A stretch of 64,000 bases of DNA from Candidatus Eiseniibacteriota bacterium (GTDB lineage: Bacteria; Eisenbacteria; RBG-16-71-46; CAIMUX01; VGJL01): assembly GCA_041946735.1 (NCBI GenBank), contig JBHGAY010000026.1, forward strand, positions 1-64,000, written 5' to 3'. The notes below the pieces were generated by a model, which searched no databases, was not told the origin of the DNA, and saw nothing but the letters and a program-made list of their open reading frames with translations. Positions within the stretch are counted from its first letter, which is position 1. Each line of letters opens with the position of its first letter. The translations under genes and the position numbers were made by a program. Of this stretch, positions 9,583 through 18,914 are shown in pieces.

Positions 9583-10026
9583 GGTGCTCCCTTCCAAGGT
9601 CGCGCGGCCGCATTGGAGGAGCGTCCCTGCCCTCCGGGCGGTCACAGTATCGTCGGGAGACGAAAGCAGCGCCGTCTCCGGCGCTGTCTTTGATTACCGC
9701 TACAAATGCTATTCGCTCTTACAGCGTCTCACAAGAGTTATCGCCATGAGGAGAAGACAAAGTGAACGTTCCTCGGCTCATCGCGCATAGTTTGACCAAC
9801 GTCCTCGCGGCGAAGCAGGGGAACAGCAGTCGAGCCACCCGCCTGATCGAAGTCGACGGGACGCCTCCGTCATGTGCGGCGGCTGCGATGCTTCACTCCT
9901 GCGAGGATGGATCCAGCCCTGGTATTGTTTTTCCATATTGGCGTGACCGCTGATCGAACCCGAGCGGCGGTCGAGCGACCTGGCATGCCGGCGCACGCGG
10001 CCGGGGTCGGTGGTCCTCGAACCAGC

Positions 10027-10914
10027 TCAGGCCTTCGCTCTGGCCTCCGTCCCCGCCTCCGGCGGCGGCTCGGGGGTCGCGATCAAGGCACGCGAGCGCG
10101 ACGGCCGTGAGCTGGGCGGAGCCTGCCAGGGATCCCGATCCCGGGCGAACGGCAGCGCGAGACTCTCCACGATCCCGATCTGACCGGGGCGACGCCACGC
10201 GGGTAGGCCGATCGTCAGGATCTCTTGCGGGAGATTCAGCCGGAGCGTCCCGTGCATCCGGTCCCAGAGGGTCAGGCCGCGCGAGTAGTTCGACTCGGCG
10301 TCGCTGCGCACCATCGAGTGATGGATTCCATGCATGCGCGGGGTGACCAGCCAGCGGACGAGGCTCCGCTCCTGCAGGGCGGACATCCGCAGGTTGGAGT
10401 GATGGAAGAGCCGCATCGACGCCGACACCATCCGCCACGCCTCGAAGGTTCTCAGGCTCACGCCGGTGATCGCCATTTGAACGATGTGGAAGGGGATCGC
10501 GAGAAGCGCCTCGCCGAAGTGAAGGCGGTACGCCGTGGTCAGGTCGAGGTCGAGGTCGGCGTGATGGACTTGATGGAAGCGCCAGAGGAGACCCGCGCGG
10601 TGCGAGGCGACGTGCCACCCGTACAGGGAGTAATCGAGCAACAGGACCGCGGCGAGGCTTCGCGCGGGACGCGGCAGCGGCAAGCGCGGCACGACCGCCA
10701 GTCCGCGCCGTTCGATGGCGCGCGCCGCCTTGTCGAGGATCGGCCTCTCGATGCGGTAGGCGACCGCCACGTCGAGGGCGGCGAGCGCGAGATTGCGCGC
10801 GAGACGCGAGGTGCCCGGTTCCACGGGCTCGCGCAACGGCCGCTTCCGTTCGCTCGCGAGCAGGACGGCAAAAAGTCCGCCCATGGCGAGACCGCGTAGC
10901 AAGGCTCCCATCAT
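10027..10914 (-). CDS. Sterol desaturase / fatty acid hydroxylase family protein
   Basis: His boxes HVASH, HQVHH, FHHSN and HGIHH; SNYSRGLTLWDRMHGT. Start chosen at MMGALL. Confidence 0.9.
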   Translation of the reverse strand: MMGALLRGLAMGGLFAVLLASERKRPLREPVEPGTSRLARNLALAALDVAVAYRIERPILDKAARAIERRGLAVVPRLPLPRPARSLAAVLLLDYSLYGWHVASHRAGLLWRFHQVHHADLDLDLTTAYRLHFGEALLAIPFHIVQMAITGVSLRTFEAWRMVSASMRLFHHSNLRMSALQERSLVRWLVTPRMHGIHHSMVRSDAESNYSRGLTLWDRMHGTLRLNLPQEILTIGLPAWRRPGQIGIVESLALPFARDRDPWQAPPSSRPSRSRALIATPEPPPEAGTEARAKA

Positions 10915-11368
10915 CCCCCCGCTCTGCCCGCCCCCCGCCGGCGGGCGGAACGATCGGAGCCGGCCTGCCTCCGGATCGGCCCTCTCTCGGTGCGCGTCAT
11001 ACTCGGACCTTCGCAAAGGTCGCGGGGCGACGTGAAGCCGACGCGCGATCGAGTTGGTCGATTCCGCCCGCGAGGCCGGCCCGACGTCGCGCGAGCGCCC
11101 TCGCGCGGGCGTCGATAGCCGGGCTTCCGTTCGCTCTCGCCCACGCCCGCTCGCCCGGGAGAGAGTCGTTCGCGTCCTCCCTTCTCACGCCGGGGGGGCG
11201 TGCTATCTTCCTCAGTCGCTCTTCGGCGGACGCCCGGCCCATTCTTCCCGGCCTAGGCCGGGCGGGCGGGCCAAATGAGGTGTGGCGCCGGCGGCTCGTT
11301 TGGGCGGCGCCTCGAGCATGGAAGTCCGAATCGATCCATACGAACGTCATTGCAGGGACGGAGGGGCC

Positions 11369-12910
11369 ATGGCGGCCAGCAAGGCTTTGATCGAACGGCT
11401 CTCGAAGCACCGGGTGCTGAGCGCGGCGCCGCCCGCGGAGATCGAGTGGTTCGCAGCGCACGGCGAGTTGAAGAAGTTCCGGGCGGGGAACGTGCTCAAC
11501 CTGCGCAGCGCCGGAAGGATCGAAGCCCTATACCTCCTCCTCGAGGGCCGGATCGCCATGTACGTCGAACGCGGCGGGACGCGGCACAGGTCGATGGAGT
11601 GGCGAGCGGGGGACGCGACCGGCCAGCTTCCCTATTCCCGCATGAAGGCCCCGCCGGGGAACACGATCGCAGAGGAAGACACGGAGGTGTTCGCCGTCCA
11701 TCGCGATCACTTTCCGGAAATGATTCGCGAGTGCCACGAGATCACCTCCGCCCTCGTCCACGTCATGATCGACCGGGCGCGCCAGTTCACCTCCAATGAC
11801 CTCCACGACGAGAAGATGCTTTCGCTCGGACGGCTCGCGGCTGGGCTCGCTCACGAGCTGAACAACCCGGCGTCGGCGCTCGCTCGGAGCGCAAAGCTCC
11901 TGCCTGATCGCTTGAGGAACGCCGAGTCGGCCTCCCATGACCTGGGTGCGGCGGCGCTCTCCCCGGAGGAGCTGGCTGCAATCGAGCGCGTCCGCGAGAT
12001 CTGCCTCGCGACGCCCGTGCAGGACATCCGGTCTCCGCTCGAAGAGGCGCGTCGCGAAGCCGCCATCGCCGACTGGCTGGAAGATCATGGCCTCGACGCC
12101 GTGTTGTCCGAGCCCCTCGCCGAGACCGCGATCACGGTCGACGCGCTCGACCAGCTCTCGCGCGACCTCAAAGGACCCCCTTTGCAGGCGGCCCTCCGCT
12201 CCCTCGCCGCCGGCAGCTCGGCCCGCAGGCTCGCTGCCGAGATCGAGGAGGCGGCGATCCGCATCTTCGACCTCGTCACCGCCGTCAAAGGCTTCACGCG
12301 TCTCGACCTGGCGGCGGTCGCAGAGCCGGTCGACATCCAGCAAGGCCTCACGCAGACGCTTGCCGTGCTCCGCGCCAAGGCGCGGACGAAAGGCCTGGCC
12401 GTCTCGTTAGCGGTCGAGCCGGACCTGCCCCGCGTGCTCGGCGTTGCCGGGGAGATCAATCAGGTCTGGGTGAACCTGGTCGACAACGCGCTCGACGCCG
12501 CCTCCGAGTCGGGCAAGGTCGAGATCGACGCGAGACGGGGCGAAGGCGGGAAGTCCGGCCACGTGATGGTGCGGATTGCCGACGACGGACCGGGAATCCC
12601 TGGGGAGATCCGCGACCGCATCTTCGATCCCTTCTTCACGACGAAGCCGGTGGGCCAGGGGACGGGGCTCGGGCTCGACATCGTCCGCCGGCTCGTCTCG
12701 AAGCACGGTGGAGACATCGAGGTCGAGTCGGCGCCGGGAAGGACGGCGTTCATTGTCACCCTCCCGGCGCTGCGCGAGGAGATGGCCTCCGAGGAGAGGA
12801 CCGCCGAGGAGAACAAGGCCGAGGAGAACGAGGCCGAGGGAAACATGGCCGAGGAGAAGGTCGCCGACACGATGGAGCCTGAGGACGCTCCCGGGGGAAG
12901 CCTTTCTTGA
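11369..12910 (+). CDS. Cytoplasmic histidine kinase with N-terminal cyclic-nucleotide-binding (CAP_ED-like) domain
   Basis: H box AHELNNP, N box NLVDNALDA, DDGPGIP, FDPFFTTK, GQGTGLGL; N-terminal cNMP fold (LYLLLEGRI...TGQLPYSRM); no TM segment. Confidence 0.9.
   Translation: MAASKALIERLSKHRVLSAAPPAEIEWFAAHGELKKFRAGNVLNLRSAGRIEALYLLLEGRIAMYVERGGTRHRSMEWRAGDATGQLPYSRMKAPPGNTIAEEDTEVFAVHRDHFPEMIRECHEITSALVHVMIDRARQFTSNDLHDEKMLSLGRLAAGLAHELNNPASALARSAKLLPDRLRNAESASHDLGAAALSPEELAAIERVREICLATPVQDIRSPLEEARREAAIADWLEDHGLDAVLSEPLAETAITVDALDQLSRDLKGPPLQAALRSLAAGSSARRLAAEIEEAAIRIFDLVTAVKGFTRLDLAAVAEPVDIQQGLTQTLAVLRAKARTKGLAVSLAVEPDLPRVLGVAGEINQVWVNLVDNALDAASESGKVEIDARRGEGGKSGHVMVRIADDGPGIPGEIRDRIFDPFFTTKPVGQGTGLGLDIVRRLVSKHGGDIEVESAPGRTAFIVTLPALREEMASEERTAEENKAEENEAEGNMAEEKVADTMEPEDAPGGSLS
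12788..12862 (+). repeat. Five in-frame 15-bp tandem repeats encoding an acidic tail
   Basis: tccgaggagaggacc, gccgaggagaacaag, gccgaggagaacgag, gccgagggaaacatg, gccgaggagaaggtc = SEERT AEENK AEENE AEGNM AEEKV. Confidence 0.85.
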
Positions 12911-14571
12911 ACACGAACAAGCCCGTGATTCTTGCCGTTGATGACGACAAGCAGGTGCTCGCGGCGGTGCGGCGGGACCTGCGATCCCATTACCGCTCCG
13001 AGTACGAGGTCGTCGGCAGCAGCTCCGGGGACGAGGCGCTTAGCACGGTGCGCGAGCTGAAGTCCCGTGGGGAAGCGCTCGCTCTCGTCATCAGCGACCA
13101 GCGGATGCCGGGGATGCTCGGGGTCGAGGTCCTGGCCCGATGCCGAGAGTTCTATCCGATCGCCCGTCGCGTGCTTCTCACCGCCTATTCGGATATCGAT
13201 GCCGCCGTTCGCGCGATCAACGAAGCGCACCTGGACTACTACCTCTCGAAGCCGTGGGATCCGCCCGAGGAGCACCTCTATCCGGCGGTCGACGATCTGC
13301 TCGATAGCTGGCAGGCCGAGCATCTTCCGGAGCAGACCGGTCTCCGCCTGGTGGGCAACCAGTGGTCCCCTCTCTCGCACGCGATCAAGGACTTCCTCGC
13401 GCGCAACCTGATCCCCTACCGATGGCTGGAGTACTCGCGCGACCCGGATGCGAAGACGCTGGCCGACGCCGCCGGCGTCGCGACGTCGGATCTGCCCGCC
13501 CTCTTTCTCGAGGACGGGACGGTGCTGCGGCGTCCCGAGACGGCGGACGTCGCGCGCGCGCTCGGTCGCACGACCGAGGCGGCGCAGGACCTCTACGACC
13601 TCGTCATCGTCGGGGCCGGCCCGGCTGGGCTGGCCGCGGCCGTCTACGGCGCCTCCGAAGGGCTGCGCACGCTGATCGTCGACGGGCACGCGCCCGGCGG
13701 GCAGGCGGGGGCCAGCGCGCGGATCGAGAACTACCTCGGATTCCCCACGGGAGTGAGCGGGAGCGAGCTGACGCGACGCGCCGTCGCGCAGGCGCAGCGC
13801 CTCGGGGCGGAGCTGCTCGCGCCGGTGGCGGTGTCAAGCGTCTCGATCGAGGCCGGCTACAAGCGTCTGACTCTGGGCGGAGGGCGGCAGCTCGTGGCGC
13901 GGGCGATGCTGGCCGCGACCGGAATGGTCTATCGCGATCATCCGGCGGAGGGAATGTCTGCGCTGACGGGAGCGGGCATCTATTACGGTACGGCCACGAC
14001 CGAAGCGTCCGCGCTTTCCCAGGGCAAGGTAATGGTCATCGGCGGCGGCAACTCTGCCGGGCAGTGCGCGCTCTATCTCTCACGCTTCGCCGATCGCGTC
14101 GACATCGTCATCCGGCGGGACTCCCTCGATGCGACGATGTCGCGTTACCTCATCGATCAGATCGCCGCGTCGCCCAAGATCCGCCTGCGGGCGTCGACGA
14201 CGGTCGAAGCGGTTGCGGGCGAGGGCCGCCTCGAGCGCGCCTTGCTGAAGACCGCCGGCGGATCCTGCACGGAGGAGGCGTTCGACGCGATCTTCGTCTT
14301 CATCGGCACGCGCCCGCAGACCGACTGGCTGCCGTCCGAGGTCTTTCGGGACTCCAAAGGATTCGTCGTCACGGGACGCGACCTCGCCGCATGCCCGGAG
14401 TATCCGCGCTTCTGGAAGGAGATGCGGGAGCCGCTGCCGCTGGAGACGAGCGTCCCCGGGCTCTTCGCCGCCGGCGACGTGCGGGCGGGCGCGATGAACC
14501 GCGTCGCGTCGGCGGTCGGAGAAGGGGCGATGTCGGTCCGGCTCGTGCACGAGTTCCTGTCGCTGACGTAG
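12907..14571 (+). CDS. Response-regulator receiver fused to a thioredoxin-reductase-like FAD/NAD(P)H oxidoreductase
   Basis: REC (AVDDD, SDQRMP, LLTAY, KPW), then GAGPAG, GGGNSA and GLFAAGDV; TTG start overlaps the kinase stop. Confidence 0.9.
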   Translation: MNTNKPVILAVDDDKQVLAAVRRDLRSHYRSEYEVVGSSSGDEALSTVRELKSRGEALALVISDQRMPGMLGVEVLARCREFYPIARRVLLTAYSDIDAAVRAINEAHLDYYLSKPWDPPEEHLYPAVDDLLDSWQAEHLPEQTGLRLVGNQWSPLSHAIKDFLARNLIPYRWLEYSRDPDAKTLADAAGVATSDLPALFLEDGTVLRRPETADVARALGRTTEAAQDLYDLVIVGAGPAGLAAAVYGASEGLRTLIVDGHAPGGQAGASARIENYLGFPTGVSGSELTRRAVAQAQRLGAELLAPVAVSSVSIEAGYKRLTLGGGRQLVARAMLAATGMVYRDHPAEGMSALTGAGIYYGTATTEASALSQGKVMVIGGGNSAGQCALYLSRFADRVDIVIRRDSLDATMSRYLIDQIAASPKIRLRASTTVEAVAGEGRLERALLKTAGGSCTEEAFDAIFVFIGTRPQTDWLPSEVFRDSKGFVVTGRDLAACPEYPRFWKEMREPLPLETSVPGLFAAGDVRAGAMNRVASAVGEGAMSVRLVHEFLSLT

Positions 14572-14631
14572 AGCGGCGCAGGACGCGGCGGCGGGGACGC
14601 GGCGTCACCCGGCAGCGTCACCCGAACGGCA

Positions 14632-16233
14632 TCACCTCAACAGCGTCACCTGGCTCGTGGCTTCGCGCTCCCCGGCCTTCAGATGCACGAAATAGACGCC
14701 CGAAGCGACGGCCCGGCCGCGCTCGTCCCGTCCGTCCCATGTCGTCCGGTGATCCCCGGCCCCCTGCCGCTCCCCCACGAGCGCGACGATGCGCTGGCCG
14801 GAGGCGTCGTGAACGGCGAGGTCGACCTGGCAATCGCCGGGGAGGCGATAGCGAACCGAGATGGAACCGCCGGCCGCGGGCGGATTCTCGACGATGAGGC
14901 TCAGGTCGCCTTCCGCCGTCGCCCGCGCATCCTCTTCGACGGCCGATGCGTCGCCGGAGCGGCCGGCGCAGACGATCACCCAGGGAAGATCGGCCGAAGG
15001 GATCCCGGTGGCCGATCGGATGCCCGCCTGCTCCTGCCCCGTCAAGCCGGCGCGCAACCAGCCCTGCAGTCCGATCGAGGAGGCCTGCAGCACGCCGCCG
15101 ACAGCCGCGAAGCCGCACTCGAGAACGGCCCAGTCGGTCGCGGTGCCGGAGCACGCGATCAGGTAGCCGGGAGCCTCCGGCAAACCAGGGACCTGACCGC
15201 GGAGAGCCGGCCGCGCATCCCCTGACTGGACCTGCTCGATCCTGTGGTCGCGCGTCGTGGCGTCCGTCCCGGGCGGGAGACGATTGTGATAGCGGAAGAC
15301 TCCATCCGGGCCGACCCAATAGATCCGGCGCGTCAGGTAGTAATTGGCGACGGCGGATGAGACGGTGAGTCCCGCCTTCGATCCGGCCGCGCGATGATCG
15401 CTGCAACCGTACGCCGCCCACAGAATCTGCGAGACCTGATCGAGCGATAGATCCTCGTCGGCGAACGAGCTGCCGTAGGCGAGATCGTGAAGGACGTCGT
15501 CCATGTAGACCGTCCCGTCCGTGTGCGGATCGGGGAGCGAACCGTCCGACGAGGTCGCGACGAGCGTCGTCGTCAGGCCGGGGACGCTGCGCATCCCGAA
15601 GCTGATCACGATGTCGATGGGCTCCACGGGGCTCCAGTGGCCGTTCGCGTACGTGGTCGCGCTCGCTCGCGGGCAGCTCGCGAGTTGATTCGCAGTTCCC
15701 GTCCACGTTGTCACGGACTCGAGTTGCGCCAGATGCATCGCGGCTCCGGCGTCGACGATCTGCTCCGCGGCGATTCCGACTTCGAAGGATGCGGAGGAGT
15801 CCTCTCTCCAGTCCCCCGATTTGTGCAGGATCAGCGAATGGCTCGCGGGATCGTAGATCGAGACGTTCGACGCGGTGGCCACGTAGATGGTGCGCGAGCC
15901 GCCGGTGACCGGCGCCCTGCCCGCCGCGAAGAGCACGTTCGCGAGCATCGACTCCGTGGCGCCAGCGCTCCATCCGCCGTGATAGGAGATGCGGGAGTTC
16001 GAGCAGATCTCGGCCGAGTGGGGATGGATGACCGGGTCGGGCAGAACGAGGCGCGAGCCCCCGGCGCGCGAATCCGGGACGGTGGGGGCGGCACCCGCCG
16101 GCCCTTCGGAGCTTGCGCCGAACGCAACGCCGAGTCCGGGGAGCGACACCGCCAGAACGAGCCAGAGACCGAATCGGAACGTGGGGAAACGGTGGAACCG
16201 AGTCATGCCGGCCATGCGGACCATGCGAGCCAT
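14632..16233 (-). CDS. Secreted tandem nitroreductase (SagB/ThcOx-like) domain protein with FlgD-Ig C-terminal domain
   Basis: Signal peptide (FGLWLVLAVSLPGLGVAFGA); LSLDQVSQILWAAYG...TVSSAVANY; tail WDGRDERGRAVASGVYF. GGAGG RBS before the ATG at 16233; several nearby Met alternatives. Confidence 0.7.
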   Translation of the reverse strand: MARMVRMAGMTRFHRFPTFRFGLWLVLAVSLPGLGVAFGASSEGPAGAAPTVPDSRAGGSRLVLPDPVIHPHSAEICSNSRISYHGGWSAGATESMLANVLFAAGRAPVTGGSRTIYVATASNVSIYDPASHSLILHKSGDWREDSSASFEVGIAAEQIVDAGAAMHLAQLESVTTWTGTANQLASCPRASATTYANGHWSPVEPIDIVISFGMRSVPGLTTTLVATSSDGSLPDPHTDGTVYMDDVLHDLAYGSSFADEDLSLDQVSQILWAAYGCSDHRAAGSKAGLTVSSAVANYYLTRRIYWVGPDGVFRYHNRLPPGTDATTRDHRIEQVQSGDARPALRGQVPGLPEAPGYLIACSGTATDWAVLECGFAAVGGVLQASSIGLQGWLRAGLTGQEQAGIRSATGIPSADLPWVIVCAGRSGDASAVEEDARATAEGDLSLIVENPPAAGGSISVRYRLPGDCQVDLAVHDASGQRIVALVGERQGAGDHRTTWDGRDERGRAVASGVYFVHLKAGEREATSQVTLLR

Positions 16234-16351
16234 GCGGACGATCCTCCCTCCCGCTCGACGGCGCTTGCGAGGGACGGCGGATGATGAGCCGTCCTCGACG
16301 TTCGAGAGTGCGGCCGTCATGATACGCCGAACGAGGTACCGAAGGGAGCGG

Positions 16352-16399
16352 CGATCCGCAGCGACGATCCGCGGCAACGATCCGCAGCGACGATCCGCA
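16352..16399. repeat. 13-bp tandem repeat, about 3.7 copies
   Basis: cgatccgcagcga, cgatccgcggcaa, cgatccgcagcga, cgatccgca. Confidence 0.8.
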
Positions 16400-16423
16400 C
16401 GGGCGGCCGGAGACATCACGCCG

Positions 16424-16454
16424 GGGAGCCCGGGGCTTGGCACCCCGGGCTCCC
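16424..16454 (-). terminator. GC-rich hairpin downstream of the 16500-17456 gene
   Basis: Perfect 12-bp stem gggagcccgggg/ccccgggctccc with a 7-nt loop; no clear U tract. Confidence 0.5.
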
Positions 16455-16499
16455 TGGGCTCGGCCGATCGCTCGACCGAGCAGACCATCTCTCCGGACT

Positions 16500-17456
16500 C
16501 TAGCGGAAGGTGCTCTTGATCGCGCCCCACGTCGAGTACTGGACCGCGCTCGGCTCGCAGGGGTTCGGGTCGCAGTCGACCCCGTCGCCCATGTACTCCC
16601 CGTCGCAGGCCTCCTCGGTCGTGATGGTGCACTGCCCGTCGGCCAAGCAGCACGCGCCTTCCTGCACCACGATCTCCTCGCGGATGTAGGTGTTGTCCCA
16701 CGCGGTGCTGTTGCCGGGTCCGCCGCCTCCGCCGAAGAAGCGGAAGCCGTCGGGCGGGTTGAAGCCGCCGGCGCCACCGATCAGGTACCAGCCGGAGGGG
16801 ATGTACACAGCCTCATCTCCGCCCGAAAGGTCGCGGATGCCGACCTCGACGATCTGGTTGAGATCGAGGTCGACCACCGTGCGGCCGCGATACCAGTGAT
16901 TCGGCTGCAGGTTCCCCCACTCAGGACCCGGGAGGTATCCCGGAACCGGCACCTGCGTACCACCCGCGTCGTAGACCACGTAGGTCGAGTTGATCGCGAC
17001 AGGATTGTTGGGGTCCACCCAGGTGAGGAGATTGATGTGGACCGTGTTCGCGGAGGCCTGCCGCAGCGAGAAGCTGCCGACGTTGTTGTAGCCCGGGGGA
17101 GTCCCGATGAAGATCCCCAGGAAGTCGTAGATGATCTCCCAGCGCCCGAGGCCGATGTAGACGTTGCGCTCGGCGCGCGCGTAGTTGGTCCCGTCACCGG
17201 GGCCCGTGCCCGCGATGAACTGCGACCCACCCTCGGGATTCTGCACGATGCCGAGGGCGTTGCCGTCATAGGTGTACACCTTGAAGTCCACGCTCCCGGA
17301 CGGGAGGTAGTAGTCGTCCTGCCCGGTCAGGATCTCGCCCGATGGCGAGCCGAAGAGCCCATCGAAATCCTGCTCGTACTGCGCGACCGCGATGCCCGGC
17401 AATGCGAGCAGCCCGAGGGCGGCCAGCAGCAGGGACGCTTTAACGATCAGCTTCAT
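16500..17456 (-). CDS. Secreted beta-rich protein with one GACC Cys-rich repeat and a C-terminal TWGAIKSTFR motif
   Basis: AGGAGG RBS; signal peptide ending AVA/Q; EGACCLADGQC...CDPNPC; ends STWGAIKSTFR. Confidence 0.85.
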   Translation of the reverse strand: MKLIVKASLLLAALGLLALPGIAVAQYEQDFDGLFGSPSGEILTGQDDYYLPSGSVDFKVYTYDGNALGIVQNPEGGSQFIAGTGPGDGTNYARAERNVYIGLGRWEIIYDFLGIFIGTPPGYNNVGSFSLRQASANTVHINLLTWVDPNNPVAINSTYVVYDAGGTQVPVPGYLPGPEWGNLQPNHWYRGRTVVDLDLNQIVEVGIRDLSGGDEAVYIPSGWYLIGGAGGFNPPDGFRFFGGGGGPGNSTAWDNTYIREEIVVQEGACCLADGQCTITTEEACDGEYMGDGVDCDPNPCEPSAVQYSTWGAIKSTFR

Positions 17457-17886
17457 GGACACCTCCTGAGCATGTCGTGAACGTGACTGCCGTCCATGGA
17501 ACAGAGCTATCCGAGCGGCCGATCCCGAGGGTCTCCATCGCGACGACCCGGTGAGGGACGCCGCGAGACTCGACGCGAGAGCGCTCTGCCGCGCCGAGCG
17601 ATGACCGGTCTCCGTCGCCGAGCGAACACGAACCGTTCGGCGCGCCGATCAACGTGCCACGCTGGAACCGGCGGAAAGATTCAAACGCTTCGAGGCGCGC
17701 GTTGTCAAGGAAGGCGGGGGGAGGCAGAGAGTAGCGGGACGGTGCGGCGCCGGTATGGTGGGATTCTTGCGCTTTGGTTCAGCGCCTGCCGCCCGGCAAG
17801 CGACCGGCGGACTCAGCCTCGGCCTCCGGGCGCGGGGCGGCAACGGGCCGCGGCGTCACGCCGCGGCACCGACTTGCCGCGACGAG

Positions 17887-18615
17887 CTACAGGAATGCGC
17901 GGTAGACCGAAACGACCTCGTGGACGGCGATCTGCTTCTCCGCCAGGGTCTTCTCCTTCTCGGCGAGATCCTTGCTACGATCCGCGACGGTCGCCATCGC
18001 ATCGAGCACCTTTCGCTCGACCTCCCGAGCTTCGTTCACCTTCGAAGCGATGTCCGGGGTGCCGGCCGGCAGGCTGCGGGCCACGGCCCGCTTGCCGCCC
18101 AGCTCGCTTTCGAGGTCGTACGCCTTCTGGCGCGCGTCGGCCAGATCCTTCGTCGCTTCTGCCACGGCGACGGCCGCCTTCTGCGCGTCCACCACGCGCT
18201 CGTAGAACTTGATCTCCAGCTCCTGCCTCTTCTTCACGTTCTCGAGCTGCTTCGCGTCCGCGTCGCGCTTTTCCTTCTTCGCCAGATCGGCCTGCGCCTT
18301 CGTCGTTTCGAGCGCGGCCTTCGCGATCGTGACGCGGCCTTCGGCCGACACCTGCCGCTGCTTCGCCGCAGCCAGATCGCTCTCGGCGGCCGACTTGGCG
18401 TCCTTCGCCGCATCGATCCCCCGGGAGATCTGTCCATCGTCACGGACATCGAGGGTCTGGTAGGACTGGATCTCCTCCGCGACCGACTGCGCATCCACGA
18501 CGCCACCCGTCTGGCCGCTCGCCGGCGGCGCCGTCTGGGCCGCCGCCGGAATGGCCGCTGCCATCAGGAGCAGCAGGAGAAGCGTCGCTGCCGGCCGGAA
18601 GGCGCGAGTGCACAT
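17887..18615 (-). CDS. Secreted coiled-coil hypothetical protein
   Basis: Signal peptide (LLLLLLMAAAIPAAA/Q), then Ala/Lys/Glu-rich heptads with GC3-rich codons. Start could instead be 18660. Confidence 0.75.
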   Translation of the reverse strand: MCTRAFRPAATLLLLLLMAAAIPAAAQTAPPASGQTGGVVDAQSVAEEIQSYQTLDVRDDGQISRGIDAAKDAKSAAESDLAAAKQRQVSAEGRVTIAKAALETTKAQADLAKKEKRDADAKQLENVKKRQELEIKFYERVVDAQKAAVAVAEATKDLADARQKAYDLESELGGKRAVARSLPAGTPDIASKVNEAREVERKVLDAMATVADRSKDLAEKEKTLAEKQIAVHEVVSVYRAFL

Positions 18616-18914
18616 GGGAGGGCAGATACGATTGTCCAAACCGTCTTCGAAACCGTTCATGTCGGATCACCCCGTTCCACGACCCGGGACCCGGCCCGAG
18701 TCGAGCCGCTTGTCTCGAAACCACTGGCGAGGGACGGATCCCCCGCACCGCCGTCCCACGAGCGATCGCGCGCAGAATCGCGGGACGACGACGTCTTCCC
18801 CATGATAGGACCGCGAAGCGGGCCCTTGCACGCTGGCTTTCTCCGCCCGCTGAGACGAAGATCGCCGGGTACGACGATCTACCACGAATGGTCGTCTCGT
18901 TTCGCGGAGGAACC

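Noticed and set aside
17640..17660. Sigma54 promoter (TGGCACG on the minus strand)
   Set aside because: No TTGC/GC at the required -12 spacing.
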